Source: Bacteroidales bacterium UBA1192 (GTDB taxonomy: Bacteria > Bacteroidota > Bacteroidia > Bacteroidales > Bacteroidaceae). From it: a stretch of 64,000 nt of DNA. The stretch covers positions 39,801 to 103,800 of the forward strand of contig DBYG01000044.1 of assembly GCA_002310175.1 (NCBI GenBank), written 5' to 3'. The position numbers and the translations under genes are program-made. Positions within the stretch are counted from its first letter, which is position 1, and each line of letters opens with the position of its first letter. Positions 1 through 8,448 of the stretch are shown piece after piece. The notes under the pieces were generated by a model, which saw only the letters and a program-made list of their open reading frames with translations, was not told the DNA's origin and made no database searches.

Positions 1-1178
1 CAAAAGTCATAGACTACTGTCTCAACAATATGCGTGTGGCATTCGGAAGGGTTGAGATGCCGTGGTCTCAATGGGATCAGTTCCTGCAGCAGTCAGGTGG
101 AAGTGATACAGGTAAACTGTTCGGCAAAACCGTTCCTGCTCATATACTCGAAAGCGCTGAAACGGCACAACGCCTGAAAAGAGAAGGAATTCCCGTGATT
201 GTCAGTTGCTGGTTCCCGCCACGATGGGCATGCAATTCTACGACACGCTCTGACGGAACATCGTTCGCTTATTCTTTGAAACCCGAAATGCATGATCGCA
301 TTTACGAGTCTCTTGCCAGTTACCTGTTGTATCTGAAGAGGGAATGGGGCGTGGAAGCTGATTATTTCTCATTCAATGAATCTGACTTAGGAATAAATGT
401 AGTCCATACGCCAGAGGAACACCGTGATTTCATCAAAGGTTTCGGTCAATATATGGCCAGTCTTGACTTTAAGACCAGAATGTTGCTTGGTGACAATTCC
501 GATGCCACTACATTTGATTTTATCGTTCCGACACTGAATGATACATCGGCTCATAAATATGTTGGTGCTATATCTTTCCATTCGTGGAGAGGATGTGATG
601 ACGAAACCCTTGGCAAATGGGCTGCGGCAGCCAGAAAAATAAATGTTCCTCTTATAATAGGTGAAGGTAGTACCGATGCAGCAGCTCATCAGTATGCATC
701 AATATTCAACGAGACTACATTTGCGCTGTATGAAATAAACCTCTATACCCGTATCTGTGCTATCTGTCAGCCTCTCAGTATACTGCAATGGCAGCTCACA
801 TCGGACTATTCTATACTGTGGGGAGACGGCATATACGGCTCTGAAGGACCGCTTCGTCCGACACAGAGGTTTTGGAACCTGAAACAGTTGTCCATGACCC
901 CCGAAAACGCTTTTTCAATTCCCACGGTATGTGACAAGGACAATATCAATACCGCCGCTTTCTATAACCCCGCTACAGGACTGGCGGCCGTTCATATTGT
1001 AAATAATGCAGCTTCATGCCATGCTGTGATTTCCGGATTGCCGGAGTCGGCTTCCAAGGCGTTCGTGCGCATCACGAGTTCAGATAGTAACTCAGAATCC
1101 AGGTGTATAGAATTCCATGACGGTAAACTGAAACTGTATATGCCGGCTGATAGTTTTGTCAGCATATTTATCGAATAG
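1..1178 (+). CDS. Glycoside hydrolase, clan GH-A (GH30-like), 5' end outside window
   Basis: ORF 30..1178. The frame stays open back to nt 3, so the real start is probably upstream of the window. Motifs seen by eye are FSFNESDLG (candidate acid/base) and IIGEGS (candidate nucleophile), followed by a beta-sandwich-like tail. Family assignment is tentative. Confidence 0.55.
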   Translation, partial: KVIDYCLNNMRVAFGRVEMPWSQWDQFLQQSGGSDTGKLFGKTVPAHILESAETAQRLKREGIPVIVSCWFPPRWACNSTTRSDGTSFAYSLKPEMHDRIYESLASYLLYLKREWGVEADYFSFNESDLGINVVHTPEEHRDFIKGFGQYMASLDFKTRMLLGDNSDATTFDFIVPTLNDTSAHKYVGAISFHSWRGCDDETLGKWAAAARKINVPLIIGEGSTDAAAHQYASIFNETTFALYEINLYTRICAICQPLSILQWQLTSDYSILWGDGIYGSEGPLRPTQRFWNLKQLSMTPENAFSIPTVCDKDNINTAAFYNPATGLAAVHIVNNAASCHAVISGLPESASKAFVRITSSDSNSESRCIEFHDGKLKLYMPADSFVSIFIE

Positions 1179-1203
1179 GTTCCGGAAATCATTACCGGTT
1201 ATA

Positions 1204-1252
1204 CAAACAAAAAGAGGCCAGTCCTTAATTGGAATAGCCTCTTTTGTTTCTT
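1204..1252. terminator. Bidirectional rho-independent terminator between convergent genes
   Basis: Stem AAAAGAGGC (1210-1218) pairs with GCCTCTTTT (1237-1245). An A-run lies before it and a T-rich run after it. Confidence 0.6.
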
Positions 1253-1275
1253 TGTCAGAAAACTGATAGTAAGTA

Positions 1276-2640
1276 TCACTTGTTCAAGGCGTCGGCACTT
1301 GCCATATATTTTGCAAGTTCCTGATCGCTGATGTGGAAGTCCTGGAGTTCGCCCGATATGTACTGGTCATAGGCCGACATATCTACGAATCCGTGACCGG
1401 AGAGGTTGAAGAGAATGGTTTTCTGCTCGCCTGTCTCCTTGCACTTTAGAGCCTCACGGATGGTAGCGGCAATAGCGTGGCAACTCTCGGGAGCGGGTAT
1501 GATACCCTCGGTTTGTGCAAACAGCACACCCGCCTTGAATGATTCGGTCTGCTCAATATCCACAGCTTCCATATAGCCGTCCTTCATCAGCTGGCTTAGC
1601 ACCACACCTGCACCGTGGTAGCGCAGACCACCGGCATGAATGGTAGCGGGCTTGAATGTGTGACCCAGGGTGTACATAGGCAGCAGCGGAGTCATACCTG
1701 ACTCATCGCCAAAATCATACTCAAACTTACCGCGGGTCAGCTTGGGGCACGATGCGGGCTCGGCAGCAATGAAGCGGGTGTTCTTCTGGCCGCTGATCTT
1801 ATGACGCATGAACGGCAGAGCCAGTCCGCAGAAGTTTGAACCGCCACCGAAGCATGCAATGATGATATCGGGATACTCACCGGCCAGAGCCATCTGCTTC
1901 TCAGCCTCAAGACCTATAACGGTCTGATGCAGGCATACGTGGTTGAGTACCGAACCAAGCACGTACTTGCAGCCCGGGGTGGTGACAGCCAGCTCTATAG
2001 CCTCGGATATGGCGCAACCCAGAGAGCCCTGGTCATTAGGGTTGGCGGTAAGGATGTCCTTACCTGCGCGGGTTGACATAGAGGGAGACGGGGTGATGGC
2101 GGCACCGAAAGTCTGCATGATGGAACGGCGGTAAGGCTTCTGGTTGTAGCTGGCCTTAACCATATAGACAGCGCACTCAATGCCGAACTTCTTGGCAGCA
2201 TAGCTCAATGCACCGCCCCACTGGCCGGCACCGGTCTCTGTGGTAACGTTGGTTAGACCCTGCTTCTTGGCATAGTAAGCCTGTGCCAGAGCTGAGTTGA
2301 GCTTATGTGAACCTGCTGGCGATACGCTCTCATTCTTGAAATATATGTGTGCGGGAGTTCCCAGAGCTTCCTCAAAGTCATATGCACGAACCAGCGGAGT
2401 GCAGCGGTAAGCTGCGTACTGCTGGCGGATCTCTTCGGGTATCTCAATCCACTCATCGGTCTGGTTAAGTTCCTGGTCAGCACACTCCTTTACAAAAATG
2501 GGGTAGAAGTCCTCGGCCTTAAGGGGCTGATGTGTGCCGGGGTGCAGGAAAGGCATAGGTTTGTTGGGCATCACGGCCTGGATGTTGAACCATGCCTTTG
2601 GAATCTCGCTTTCGTTCAATAAAAACTTTTTCTGTTTCAT
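1276..2640 (-). CDS. trpB: Tryptophan synthase beta chain, TrpB2-type (PLP-dependent), stand-alone
   Basis: 454 aa. It has the long TrpB2-style N-terminus (MKQKKFLLNESEIPKAWFNI...), a PLP lysine motif GSHKLNSA and a GGGSNF loop. No trpA or other trp genes are adjacent. Confidence 0.9.
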   Translation of the reverse strand: MKQKKFLLNESEIPKAWFNIQAVMPNKPMPFLHPGTHQPLKAEDFYPIFVKECADQELNQTDEWIEIPEEIRQQYAAYRCTPLVRAYDFEEALGTPAHIYFKNESVSPAGSHKLNSALAQAYYAKKQGLTNVTTETGAGQWGGALSYAAKKFGIECAVYMVKASYNQKPYRRSIMQTFGAAITPSPSMSTRAGKDILTANPNDQGSLGCAISEAIELAVTTPGCKYVLGSVLNHVCLHQTVIGLEAEKQMALAGEYPDIIIACFGGGSNFCGLALPFMRHKISGQKNTRFIAAEPASCPKLTRGKFEYDFGDESGMTPLLPMYTLGHTFKPATIHAGGLRYHGAGVVLSQLMKDGYMEAVDIEQTESFKAGVLFAQTEGIIPAPESCHAIAATIREALKCKETGEQKTILFNLSGHGFVDMSAYDQYISGELQDFHISDQELAKYMASADALNK

Positions 2641-2694
2641 AGTAGTTTTGGTTTAAGTTGTTTTATTTGTTGGTTCATTTAAAGCTTTTGCCGT

Positions 2695-2739
2695 TATGAA
2701 AATGATTCGGGCCTCGTCGCAGCTGCGGCAAGGCCCGAT
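2695..2739 (-). terminator. Candidate attenuator terminator in the trpB2 leader
   Basis: Minus-strand RNA UCGGGCCU-U-GCCGC-AGCU-GCGAC-G-AGGCCCGA (2738..2707) gives 8+5 bp with a tetraloop. It is followed by AUCAUUUUCAU and ends about 55 nt before the trpB2 ATG. Confidence 0.55.
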
Positions 2740-2778
2740 TATGTTTTGTTTACATACAGAGCGTCAACCTCCTACGAC

Positions 2779-2829
2779 TTAATCCAGTTGTAAGAACCGC
2801 CACCACCAATATGTACTGAAATTAATCAT
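2779..2829 (-). CDS. Trp leader peptide MINFSTYWWWRFLQLD (16 codons, three consecutive TGG)
   Basis: Hand translation gives ATG ATT AAT TTC AGT ACA TAT TGG TGG TGG CGG TTC TTA CAA CTG GAT TAA. It lies between a -7 box (2858-2865) and the hairpin at 2707-2738. The track hides it as the tail of the spurious 178-aa ORF 2779..3315. Confidence 0.55.
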   Translation of the reverse strand: MINFSTYWWWRFLQLD

Positions 2830-2857
2830 TCTGTCAGTTTTACGTTCGTTACACCTG

Positions 2858-2865
2858 CAAATGTA
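2858..2865 (-). promoter_or_regulatory. Bacteroidetes-type -7 box TACATTTG (TAnnTTTG)
   Basis: It lies 28 nt upstream of the leader-peptide ATG and about 218 nt upstream of trpB2. Confidence 0.45.
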
Positions 2866-2949
2866 CGTTATGTTTTTGAATCTGCAACACTTTGATGATA
2901 TTATTTTCATTTTGCAATAAAAACAGATAGTGTTACGGAAAAGAATTGC

Positions 2950-2957
2950 TAAGTTTG
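2950..2957 (+). promoter_or_regulatory. -7 box TAAGTTTG
   Basis: It lies 24 nt upstream of the ATG at 2981. Confidence 0.45.
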
Positions 2958-2980
2958 CATGAAAATATATAACAAACAGC

Positions 2981-4027
2981 ATGAACATGAAACAGATAAT
3001 AGCTACGGTCATGGCTTTTTCTTTTTTGGGATTCCTGTCATGCGCAGGTAAGAATGCGGACCTGGATCCAGCCTCATTCAGTGAATCTATAGAGCGTTCG
3101 TCCGACATTAGGATTATAGATGTCCGTACAGCCCAGGAATATGAAGAAGGCCATCTGGTTTGTGCGGTCAATATAGATTGGCAGTCCGATGGTTTTTTAG
3201 ATAAAGTATTGGGAACTTTTGACAAGAAAGAACCCTTGCATGTATATTGCCGCAGTGGTCGCCGCAGTGCTGAGGCAGCCGATGCCTTAAGAAAGGAAGG
3301 ATATGAGGTAATCAATCTGGATGGCGGCTATACTGCGTGGATTGAGGCTGGTAAGCCTGTAACTCTCTATCAGGTAATGACATTTGGTGCAGATGACGGT
3401 TCTCAGATAAACATAACTTTCATAAAGCATGCCAGTCTGTGCATACGTCACAAGGGAATATCAATCCATGTAGATCCAGTGACTGAACACGGTAAGCATA
3501 CTGATTATGCTACGGAATTCCCAAAAGCCGATGCCGTTTTCGTTACGCATGAGCATGGTGACCACATGGACAATAGCGCCATCACCGCCCTTACGGATAA
3601 AAATACTGTCATTTATGTAAATGGTAAAGTTCATGACGCGATAGGCAAGGGAACAGTCATCACTAACGGTCAGAGCGTGAATCTTCCTGATGGGATTAGG
3701 GTTGATGCAGTTCCCGCATACAACACCACACCTGGAAGAGAAAACTTCCATCCCAAGGGTAATGGCAATGGTTACGTATTTAGTATCAACGGCTTGCGAG
3801 TTTATGTGGCAGGTGATACTGAGGATGTCCCGGAGATGGCTGATCTTAAAGATATTGATGTGGCTTTCCTGCCTGTGAATCAACCGTATACTATGACGGT
3901 GGATCAGTGTGTCAAGGCTGCCAAGGTCATCAAGCCCAAAGTGCTCATACCTTATCATTACAGCCAGACGGATCTTTCACCGATTCCCGGACAGCTTATC
4001 GGAATTGATGTCAGGATGGTCAAATGA
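2981..4027 (+). CDS. Lipoprotein with N-terminal rhodanese domain fused to an MBL-fold (beta-lactamase_3-like) hydrolase domain
   Basis: Lipobox FLGFLSC. Rhodanese motifs are IIDVRTAQEYEEGH and the active-site loop YCRSGRRS. The MBL motif is THEHGDHMD, with later D/H ligands. Confidence 0.8.
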   Translation: MNMKQIIATVMAFSFLGFLSCAGKNADLDPASFSESIERSSDIRIIDVRTAQEYEEGHLVCAVNIDWQSDGFLDKVLGTFDKKEPLHVYCRSGRRSAEAADALRKEGYEVINLDGGYTAWIEAGKPVTLYQVMTFGADDGSQINITFIKHASLCIRHKGISIHVDPVTEHGKHTDYATEFPKADAVFVTHEHGDHMDNSAITALTDKNTVIYVNGKVHDAIGKGTVITNGQSVNLPDGIRVDAVPAYNTTPGRENFHPKGNGNGYVFSINGLRVYVAGDTEDVPEMADLKDIDVAFLPVNQPYTMTVDQCVKAAKVIKPKVLIPYHYSQTDLSPIPGQLIGIDVRMVK

Positions 4028-4060
4028 AAAAAAGAAGCGCTCATTCCAGCGCTTCTTCCA
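4026..4060. terminator. Hairpin between convergent genes, overlapping the last thioesterase codons
   Basis: AGAAGCGC (4033-4040) pairs with GCGCTTCT (4050-4057). An A-run precedes it. Confidence 0.4.
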
Positions 4061-4781
4061 TTTCAATACGTGCGGTAAAACAGTTTATATCACCCACATT
4101 TCCCCTGATAAACCAGATACCTTCAGAGTTTGTTCCCATCAGTAATGATACTGTGTCACCTTCATGAATCTCATGTGCATACTGCATCTGGATGTCATGT
4201 AACCTATGCTTTGACATGTAATCCATACCAAAAAGGTCAAACACCCAACTCAGGTACATAGCGTTGTTTGCATGACGATTCACATCAATATCAGAATAAA
4301 CTATACGGTGTTCACCGCGTGGTTCCATATTGATGTCATGAGGAATGGTTAATTTGATACAGTCATTTTCGAACACATCCTCATCGATGGCCATTGAGTC
4401 ATTTACAAGTTTAAGATGCCTGTCAACGCCTCTTGATTCAATGTTCATAATAGTCCAGACGGTTGATGCACGTACCATCATTTCTGTGTTTTCGGATGTT
4501 ACGGTGAAGTTTCGTGTGTATAGAGGTCCTGACTGTTTACGATGCCAAGTGCTGAACGTTAACTCTTCACCCCATTTTGGCATGCGGTCAATCCTGATAT
4601 GCAGTCTGAGTATCGCCCAGAAAAGCTTCATTGGATTTAATGTGTTAAATCCCACACCAAGCATGGATGAACCTATGTATGCCATTTCCTGCAGATGGTT
4701 CTGTAGGCAGTGAGGTTTTATCTCAGCCCTGAAGTCAGTATCATAGCTGTCAACCTTAATCTTTCTTACACACTTTTCCAT
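4041..4781 (-). CDS. Acyl-ACP thioesterase (FatA/FatB family, double hot-dog)
   Basis: 246 aa with the family-typical length and layout. Its start codon abuts the fabZ-like stop (4781/4782). Confidence 0.8.
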   Translation of the reverse strand: MEKCVRKIKVDSYDTDFRAEIKPHCLQNHLQEMAYIGSSMLGVGFNTLNPMKLFWAILRLHIRIDRMPKWGEELTFSTWHRKQSGPLYTRNFTVTSENTEMMVRASTVWTIMNIESRGVDRHLKLVNDSMAIDEDVFENDCIKLTIPHDINMEPRGEHRIVYSDIDVNRHANNAMYLSWVFDLFGMDYMSKHRLHDIQMQYAHEIHEGDTVSLLMGTNSEGIWFIRGNVGDINCFTARIEMEEALE

Positions 4782-5201
4782 TTATTTCTGTTTGTCAACC
4801 AACATGAATGATAGCTGGCCGCTGCAGCATTGTTCTCCGCCCACTTCAGCGTATGCATCTACTGAAAGGAACGCTCCTCGGCAGTTCAGTATCCTTGAAT
4901 GTACTCGGACGGTGTCTCCCGGATAGACACTCTTCTTGAAGCGAACCTTGTCCATTCCTGCGTAGAGAGCCAGCTTTCCTTTTAGTTGTTCCTGAAAAAG
5001 CAGCACGCTGCCCTGGGCCATTATTTCACATAGTATAACTCCCGGAACTATAGGGTTGCCGGGAAAGTGTCCGTGAGTAAAGTAGGGGTCATCAGGGATG
5101 GTGTATTCCGATACCACACCGTCTGGAGTCAGTTCCGATTGGTCCACAAGGAGCATAGGCTCCCTGTGGGGCATAATCTGCATCAGTCCTTCCTTATCCA
5201 T
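4782..5201 (-). CDS. fabZ: 3-hydroxyacyl-ACP dehydratase, FabZ/FabA-like hot-dog
   Basis: HFPGNPIVPGV (catalytic His) and LCEIMAQ (catalytic Glu). It overlaps the fabF 3' end by 8 nt. Confidence 0.85.
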   Translation of the reverse strand: MDKEGLMQIMPHREPMLLVDQSELTPDGVVSEYTIPDDPYFTHGHFPGNPIVPGVILCEIMAQGSVLLFQEQLKGKLALYAGMDKVRFKKSVYPGDTVRVHSRILNCRGAFLSVDAYAEVGGEQCCSGQLSFMLVDKQK

Positions 5202-6447
5202 TGTAACGGCGAAGAACTACTGTTGCATTATGACCGCCGAATCCCAGTGAGCATGACATAGCATACTCAGCCTGAACCTTACGGGCGGTGTTAGGAATAT
5301 AATCCAGGTCACACTCAGGATCAGGCTCCTTATAGCCTATGGTGGGAGGCAGAACGCCGCTCTCCAGTGCTATGGCCGATGCAATCAGTTCCACAGCACC
5401 TGTGGCGCCCAGCATGTGGCCGTGCATGGACTTGGTGGAGCTTATCATAACCTTGCGTGCCTGTTCCTCGCCCAGTGCTATCTTGATGGCCTTGGTCTCG
5501 CAGGCATCGTTCATGTGGGTTCCGGTGCCGTGGGCGTTGATGTACAGCAGGCCGTCGTTACGGTAACCGGCCTCGGTGAGAGCTTGGCTCAGTGATGCGG
5601 CTGTAGTGGTGCCGTCGGGACGTGGTGCGGTGTAGTGGTAAGCATCGCAGGTGTTTCCGTAACCGCAAACCTCGGCAATTATGTGTGCTCCGCGCTTAAC
5701 GGCATGCTCATACTCCTCAAGGATAAGTATTCCGGCACCCTCGGCCATTACGAATCCGCCGCGGCGGGCATCGAACGGCAGGCAGGCCTCCTCCGGGTTC
5801 TCGGCCGTTGTCAGAGCCTTCATGTTGGCGAATCCTCCTATAGCCAGCTCGTTGACTGCGGCTTCGGTGCCTCCGGTGATGATTGCATCGGCCATACCGT
5901 ACTTGATGGCGCGGAAAGCCTCACCTACGGCGTGTGTGCTGGTGGCGCAGGCCGATACTACCGGCAGGCAGGGGCCCTGTGCGTTGAACTTGATGGCTAT
6001 GTTGCCGGCACCCAGGTTACCTATCATCTCGGGGATGAACAGCGGTGATACGCGCTTGGCACCCTCATTGGCCATAACAAGAGTCTGGTCAATGAATGTC
6101 TGCATGCCACCTATACCTGAGCCTACGTAGCAGCCCAGACGGCCCGGCTCAATGTTGTCGCCGGCCTTGAGACCGCTCTGCTCCATTGCCTGGATGGCGG
6201 CGCAGATGCCAAACTGGCTGAACCTGTCACTGCGGCGGACGCTGCCCGGATCCATACCCAGCTCCATGGGCTTGAAATCCTTTACCTGACCTGCCACATG
6301 AACCGTAAGTTCACCAAAACGGTCCAGACCCTCTATCTTGCTGATACCGCAACGGCCGTTCTCCAGACTGTCCTTAAACTCACTTATATTCTTACCGATG
6401 CATGTTAAAACGCCCATGCCGGTAATAACTACTCTTTTTTCTGTCAT
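5194..6447 (-). CDS. fabF: Beta-ketoacyl-ACP synthase II
   Basis: 417 aa. Active-site Cys context VVSACATS, His motifs NAHGTGT and KSMHGHMLGATG, and a GFGGHN tail. Confidence 0.9.
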   Translation of the reverse strand: MTEKRVVITGMGVLTCIGKNISEFKDSLENGRCGISKIEGLDRFGELTVHVAGQVKDFKPMELGMDPGSVRRSDRFSQFGICAAIQAMEQSGLKAGDNIEPGRLGCYVGSGIGGMQTFIDQTLVMANEGAKRVSPLFIPEMIGNLGAGNIAIKFNAQGPCLPVVSACATSTHAVGEAFRAIKYGMADAIITGGTEAAVNELAIGGFANMKALTTAENPEEACLPFDARRGGFVMAEGAGILILEEYEHAVKRGAHIIAEVCGYGNTCDAYHYTAPRPDGTTTAASLSQALTEAGYRNDGLLYINAHGTGTHMNDACETKAIKIALGEEQARKVMISSTKSMHGHMLGATGAVELIASAIALESGVLPPTIGYKEPDPECDLDYIPNTARKVQAEYAMSCSLGFGGHNATVVLRRYNG

Positions 6448-6473
6448 TTTTTCTGTTCTTAATAAAAGTGCCG

Positions 6474-6481
6474 CAAAGGTA
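6474..6481 (-). promoter_or_regulatory. -7 box TACCTTTG, an internal promoter for fabF-fabZ-thioesterase
   Basis: It lies 27 nt upstream of the fabF ATG, in the 45-nt gap after the AMP-ligase stop. Confidence 0.45.
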
Positions 6482-6492
6482 CTCCTTAAATA

Positions 6493-8145
6493 TTACTTGT
6501 ACATGAAACGGCGGATGCTGCCTTTAGGAGTCTTCACAAAAGGCTCAAATTTGAGTTCAAAACCATCTACATGAGAGTAGGCGGGAATCTCCTGATTCAG
6601 CTTGGTAATGTTGCCGGCCATAACGGCATTCAGGGCGTCATTGTCCATTCCGCTTGCAGCAACCTCATCAACGTTGGGAACGATGAGAGCAGTGAGATGC
6701 CCCTTGCGGTCCACAATGATAGACTCCTGTACGTAGGGCAGGGCGTTCAGCACCACCTCAATCTCCTCGGGGAATATGTTCTGACCGTTGGCTGACAGCA
6801 GCATGTTCTTGCATCGGCCGGCCAGGAATACGGTGTAATCCTTATCCATGGTGCCCATATCGCCGGTGTGGAACCAGCCGTCGGCATCAATAACCTCGGC
6901 AGTAGCCTCCGGGTTCTTGTAGTAACCGGTAAACACGCAGTCACCTTTTATAATAACCTCACCGGGAATGTGTTCCGGATCACCGGAATCAATGCGGCAT
7001 TCAATACCTTCAGGGACAATCTCGCCCACTGATTTCATCTTGTAGCTGCCTTTATGGCCTATGGATATGGTGGGGCAGGCCTCTGTCATACCGTAGCCGG
7101 TCACAAACGGGATCTCCAGCTTCTGGGCCATCAGGTCCTCCAGCTCGAATGCCATTGCGGCACCACCGGTTACAAGGAGTTCGATGTTCTCACCGAATCC
7201 TGACATGAATATTGTGCGTAGAGCCTTGCAGTAGTCCTGATTATTCTTGTAGTCAGCCAGTTTCTGTTTACCGGATTTGCTGTTTACAAACTCGCCTATG
7301 GTGTTGTCAAGCATCTTGACCAGGATGAGCGGAACGGCAAAGAATACGTTTGGCTTGACCTCGGCAAGAGCCGGCTTAAGATATGACGGTACAGGCGGCA
7401 GACCGAGAACATGAAGATGCATACCTAAGCACAGTGGCTCAACTGCATCATACATCATTCCGAAAATATGTGCAAACGGCAGAACGCTCAGATAGGTCTC
7501 ACCTTCGCGGTATGGGAAGTGGCGCGGAATCAGATAAACATTCACGCTGAAGTTGCGTACGGTCAGCATCACTCCTTTGGGGTTGCCTGTGGAGCCCGAT
7601 GTGTAGTTGATGGCACACATCTCATCGGCATCACGGTCGGTGTAGCCAAAGTCCTCAAGGCGGAAACCGGCAGGATGAGCCTGCTGCATCAGCTGCTCAC
7701 GGTTCATATATAAATCGCTGAAAATGCCGCGGCTGGCTAGAAGCTCACCTGTGTGGACATCTATGACGCCTATAAGATTAGGCATCTGACTGAAGTCGAA
7801 TTTGTCAAACAGGCGCTTTTCTGTGTAGAGCAGTACGCTATCGGAGTGATTAACCAGGCTCATAGTATCAGTGGGGGTATATCCGTCAAATAGCTGGACA
7901 CCCACGTAACCGCCTGTCATCACCCCCATGAAGGTCTTTATCCAGCCTGCGCAACTCTTGGCGTTGAGTGCAATCTTATCACCTTTTCTAATACCTGCAG
8001 CCTTCCAGAGCAGTTGGTCGGCCTCAATCTGTGCGGCCAGCTGACCGTAAGTGGCAGAGCTGTGGTGGAAGTCATCCAGAGCGGGGTCGTTCCAGTGTTT
8101 CTTTACTGTGTTCTCGAATCTCTTGATAAAAGAAATGTCGTACAT
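6493..8145 (-). CDS. AMP-binding enzyme, long-chain fatty-acid-CoA (or acyl-AMP/ACP) ligase
   Basis: 550 aa. Motifs are YTSGSTGNPKGV (A3), GYGMTE (A5) and TGD...GR.KN. It is a paralogue of 11568..13214. Confidence 0.85.
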   Translation of the reverse strand: MYDISFIKRFENTVKKHWNDPALDDFHHSSATYGQLAAQIEADQLLWKAAGIRKGDKIALNAKSCAGWIKTFMGVMTGGYVGVQLFDGYTPTDTMSLVNHSDSVLLYTEKRLFDKFDFSQMPNLIGVIDVHTGELLASRGIFSDLYMNREQLMQQAHPAGFRLEDFGYTDRDADEMCAINYTSGSTGNPKGVMLTVRNFSVNVYLIPRHFPYREGETYLSVLPFAHIFGMMYDAVEPLCLGMHLHVLGLPPVPSYLKPALAEVKPNVFFAVPLILVKMLDNTIGEFVNSKSGKQKLADYKNNQDYCKALRTIFMSGFGENIELLVTGGAAMAFELEDLMAQKLEIPFVTGYGMTEACPTISIGHKGSYKMKSVGEIVPEGIECRIDSGDPEHIPGEVIIKGDCVFTGYYKNPEATAEVIDADGWFHTGDMGTMDKDYTVFLAGRCKNMLLSANGQNIFPEEIEVVLNALPYVQESIIVDRKGHLTALIVPNVDEVAASGMDNDALNAVMAGNITKLNQEIPAYSHVDGFELKFEPFVKTPKGSIRRFMYK

Positions 8146-8243
8146 TTTTAATTTGATTTTTTCCCTGTACCGGGCATCCCGGTCATGAGAGGTTAAACAA
8201 AAATCCCTTTGCCGGGCAACCCGGCCACGGGCTTATCGGGATG

Positions 8244-8251
8244 CAAAGGTA
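8244..8251 (-). promoter_or_regulatory. -7 box TACCTTTG
   Basis: It lies about 100 nt upstream of the AMP-ligase ATG (8145). The leader carries two CCGGG-NNN-CCCGG mini-hairpins. Confidence 0.4.
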
Positions 8252-8287
8252 CTTGTCTCTCACCGGGTCACTTCTCTGAATACCCTG

Positions 8288-8318
8288 TTTGTGGCAGGCT
8301 TGAACTGCTTTTGTGGCA
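8288..8318. promoter_or_regulatory. Direct repeat TTTGTGGCA-N13-TTTGTGGCA, a candidate regulator site
   Basis: Exact 9-mers at 8288-8296 and 8310-8318 with 22-nt periodicity. They lie 40-75 nt upstream of the -7 box at 8244-8251 on the minus strand. Confidence 0.3.
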
Positions 8319-8415
8319 AAAAACAACCGCCATGTGGTGAAATGACGGTTTGATTTGAACAAATATCGGACAAAAAACGACCGTCATCCCATTATAGTAT
8401 AGAACTGACGGTCGT
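8317..8415 (-). terminator. Two tandem rho-independent terminators after the esterase gene
   Basis: T1 is ACGACCGTCA/TGACGGTCGT (8377-8386/8406-8415) followed by a T6 run on the minus strand. T2 is AACCGCCAT/ATGACGGTT (8325-8333/8342-8350) followed by a T6 run. Both stems share an ACCGTCA core. Confidence 0.6.
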
Positions 8416-8448
8416 CGTATGATTCCTGTGTCAGGTGAGGACGGGAAA

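Noticed and set aside
2779-3315. 178-aa minus-strand ORF spanning the trpB2/rhodanese intergenic region.
   Set aside because: It runs antisense through the 5' part of the rhodanese-MBL gene and through two promoter boxes, and its composition is implausible. Only its last 16 codons (the WWW leader peptide) look real.
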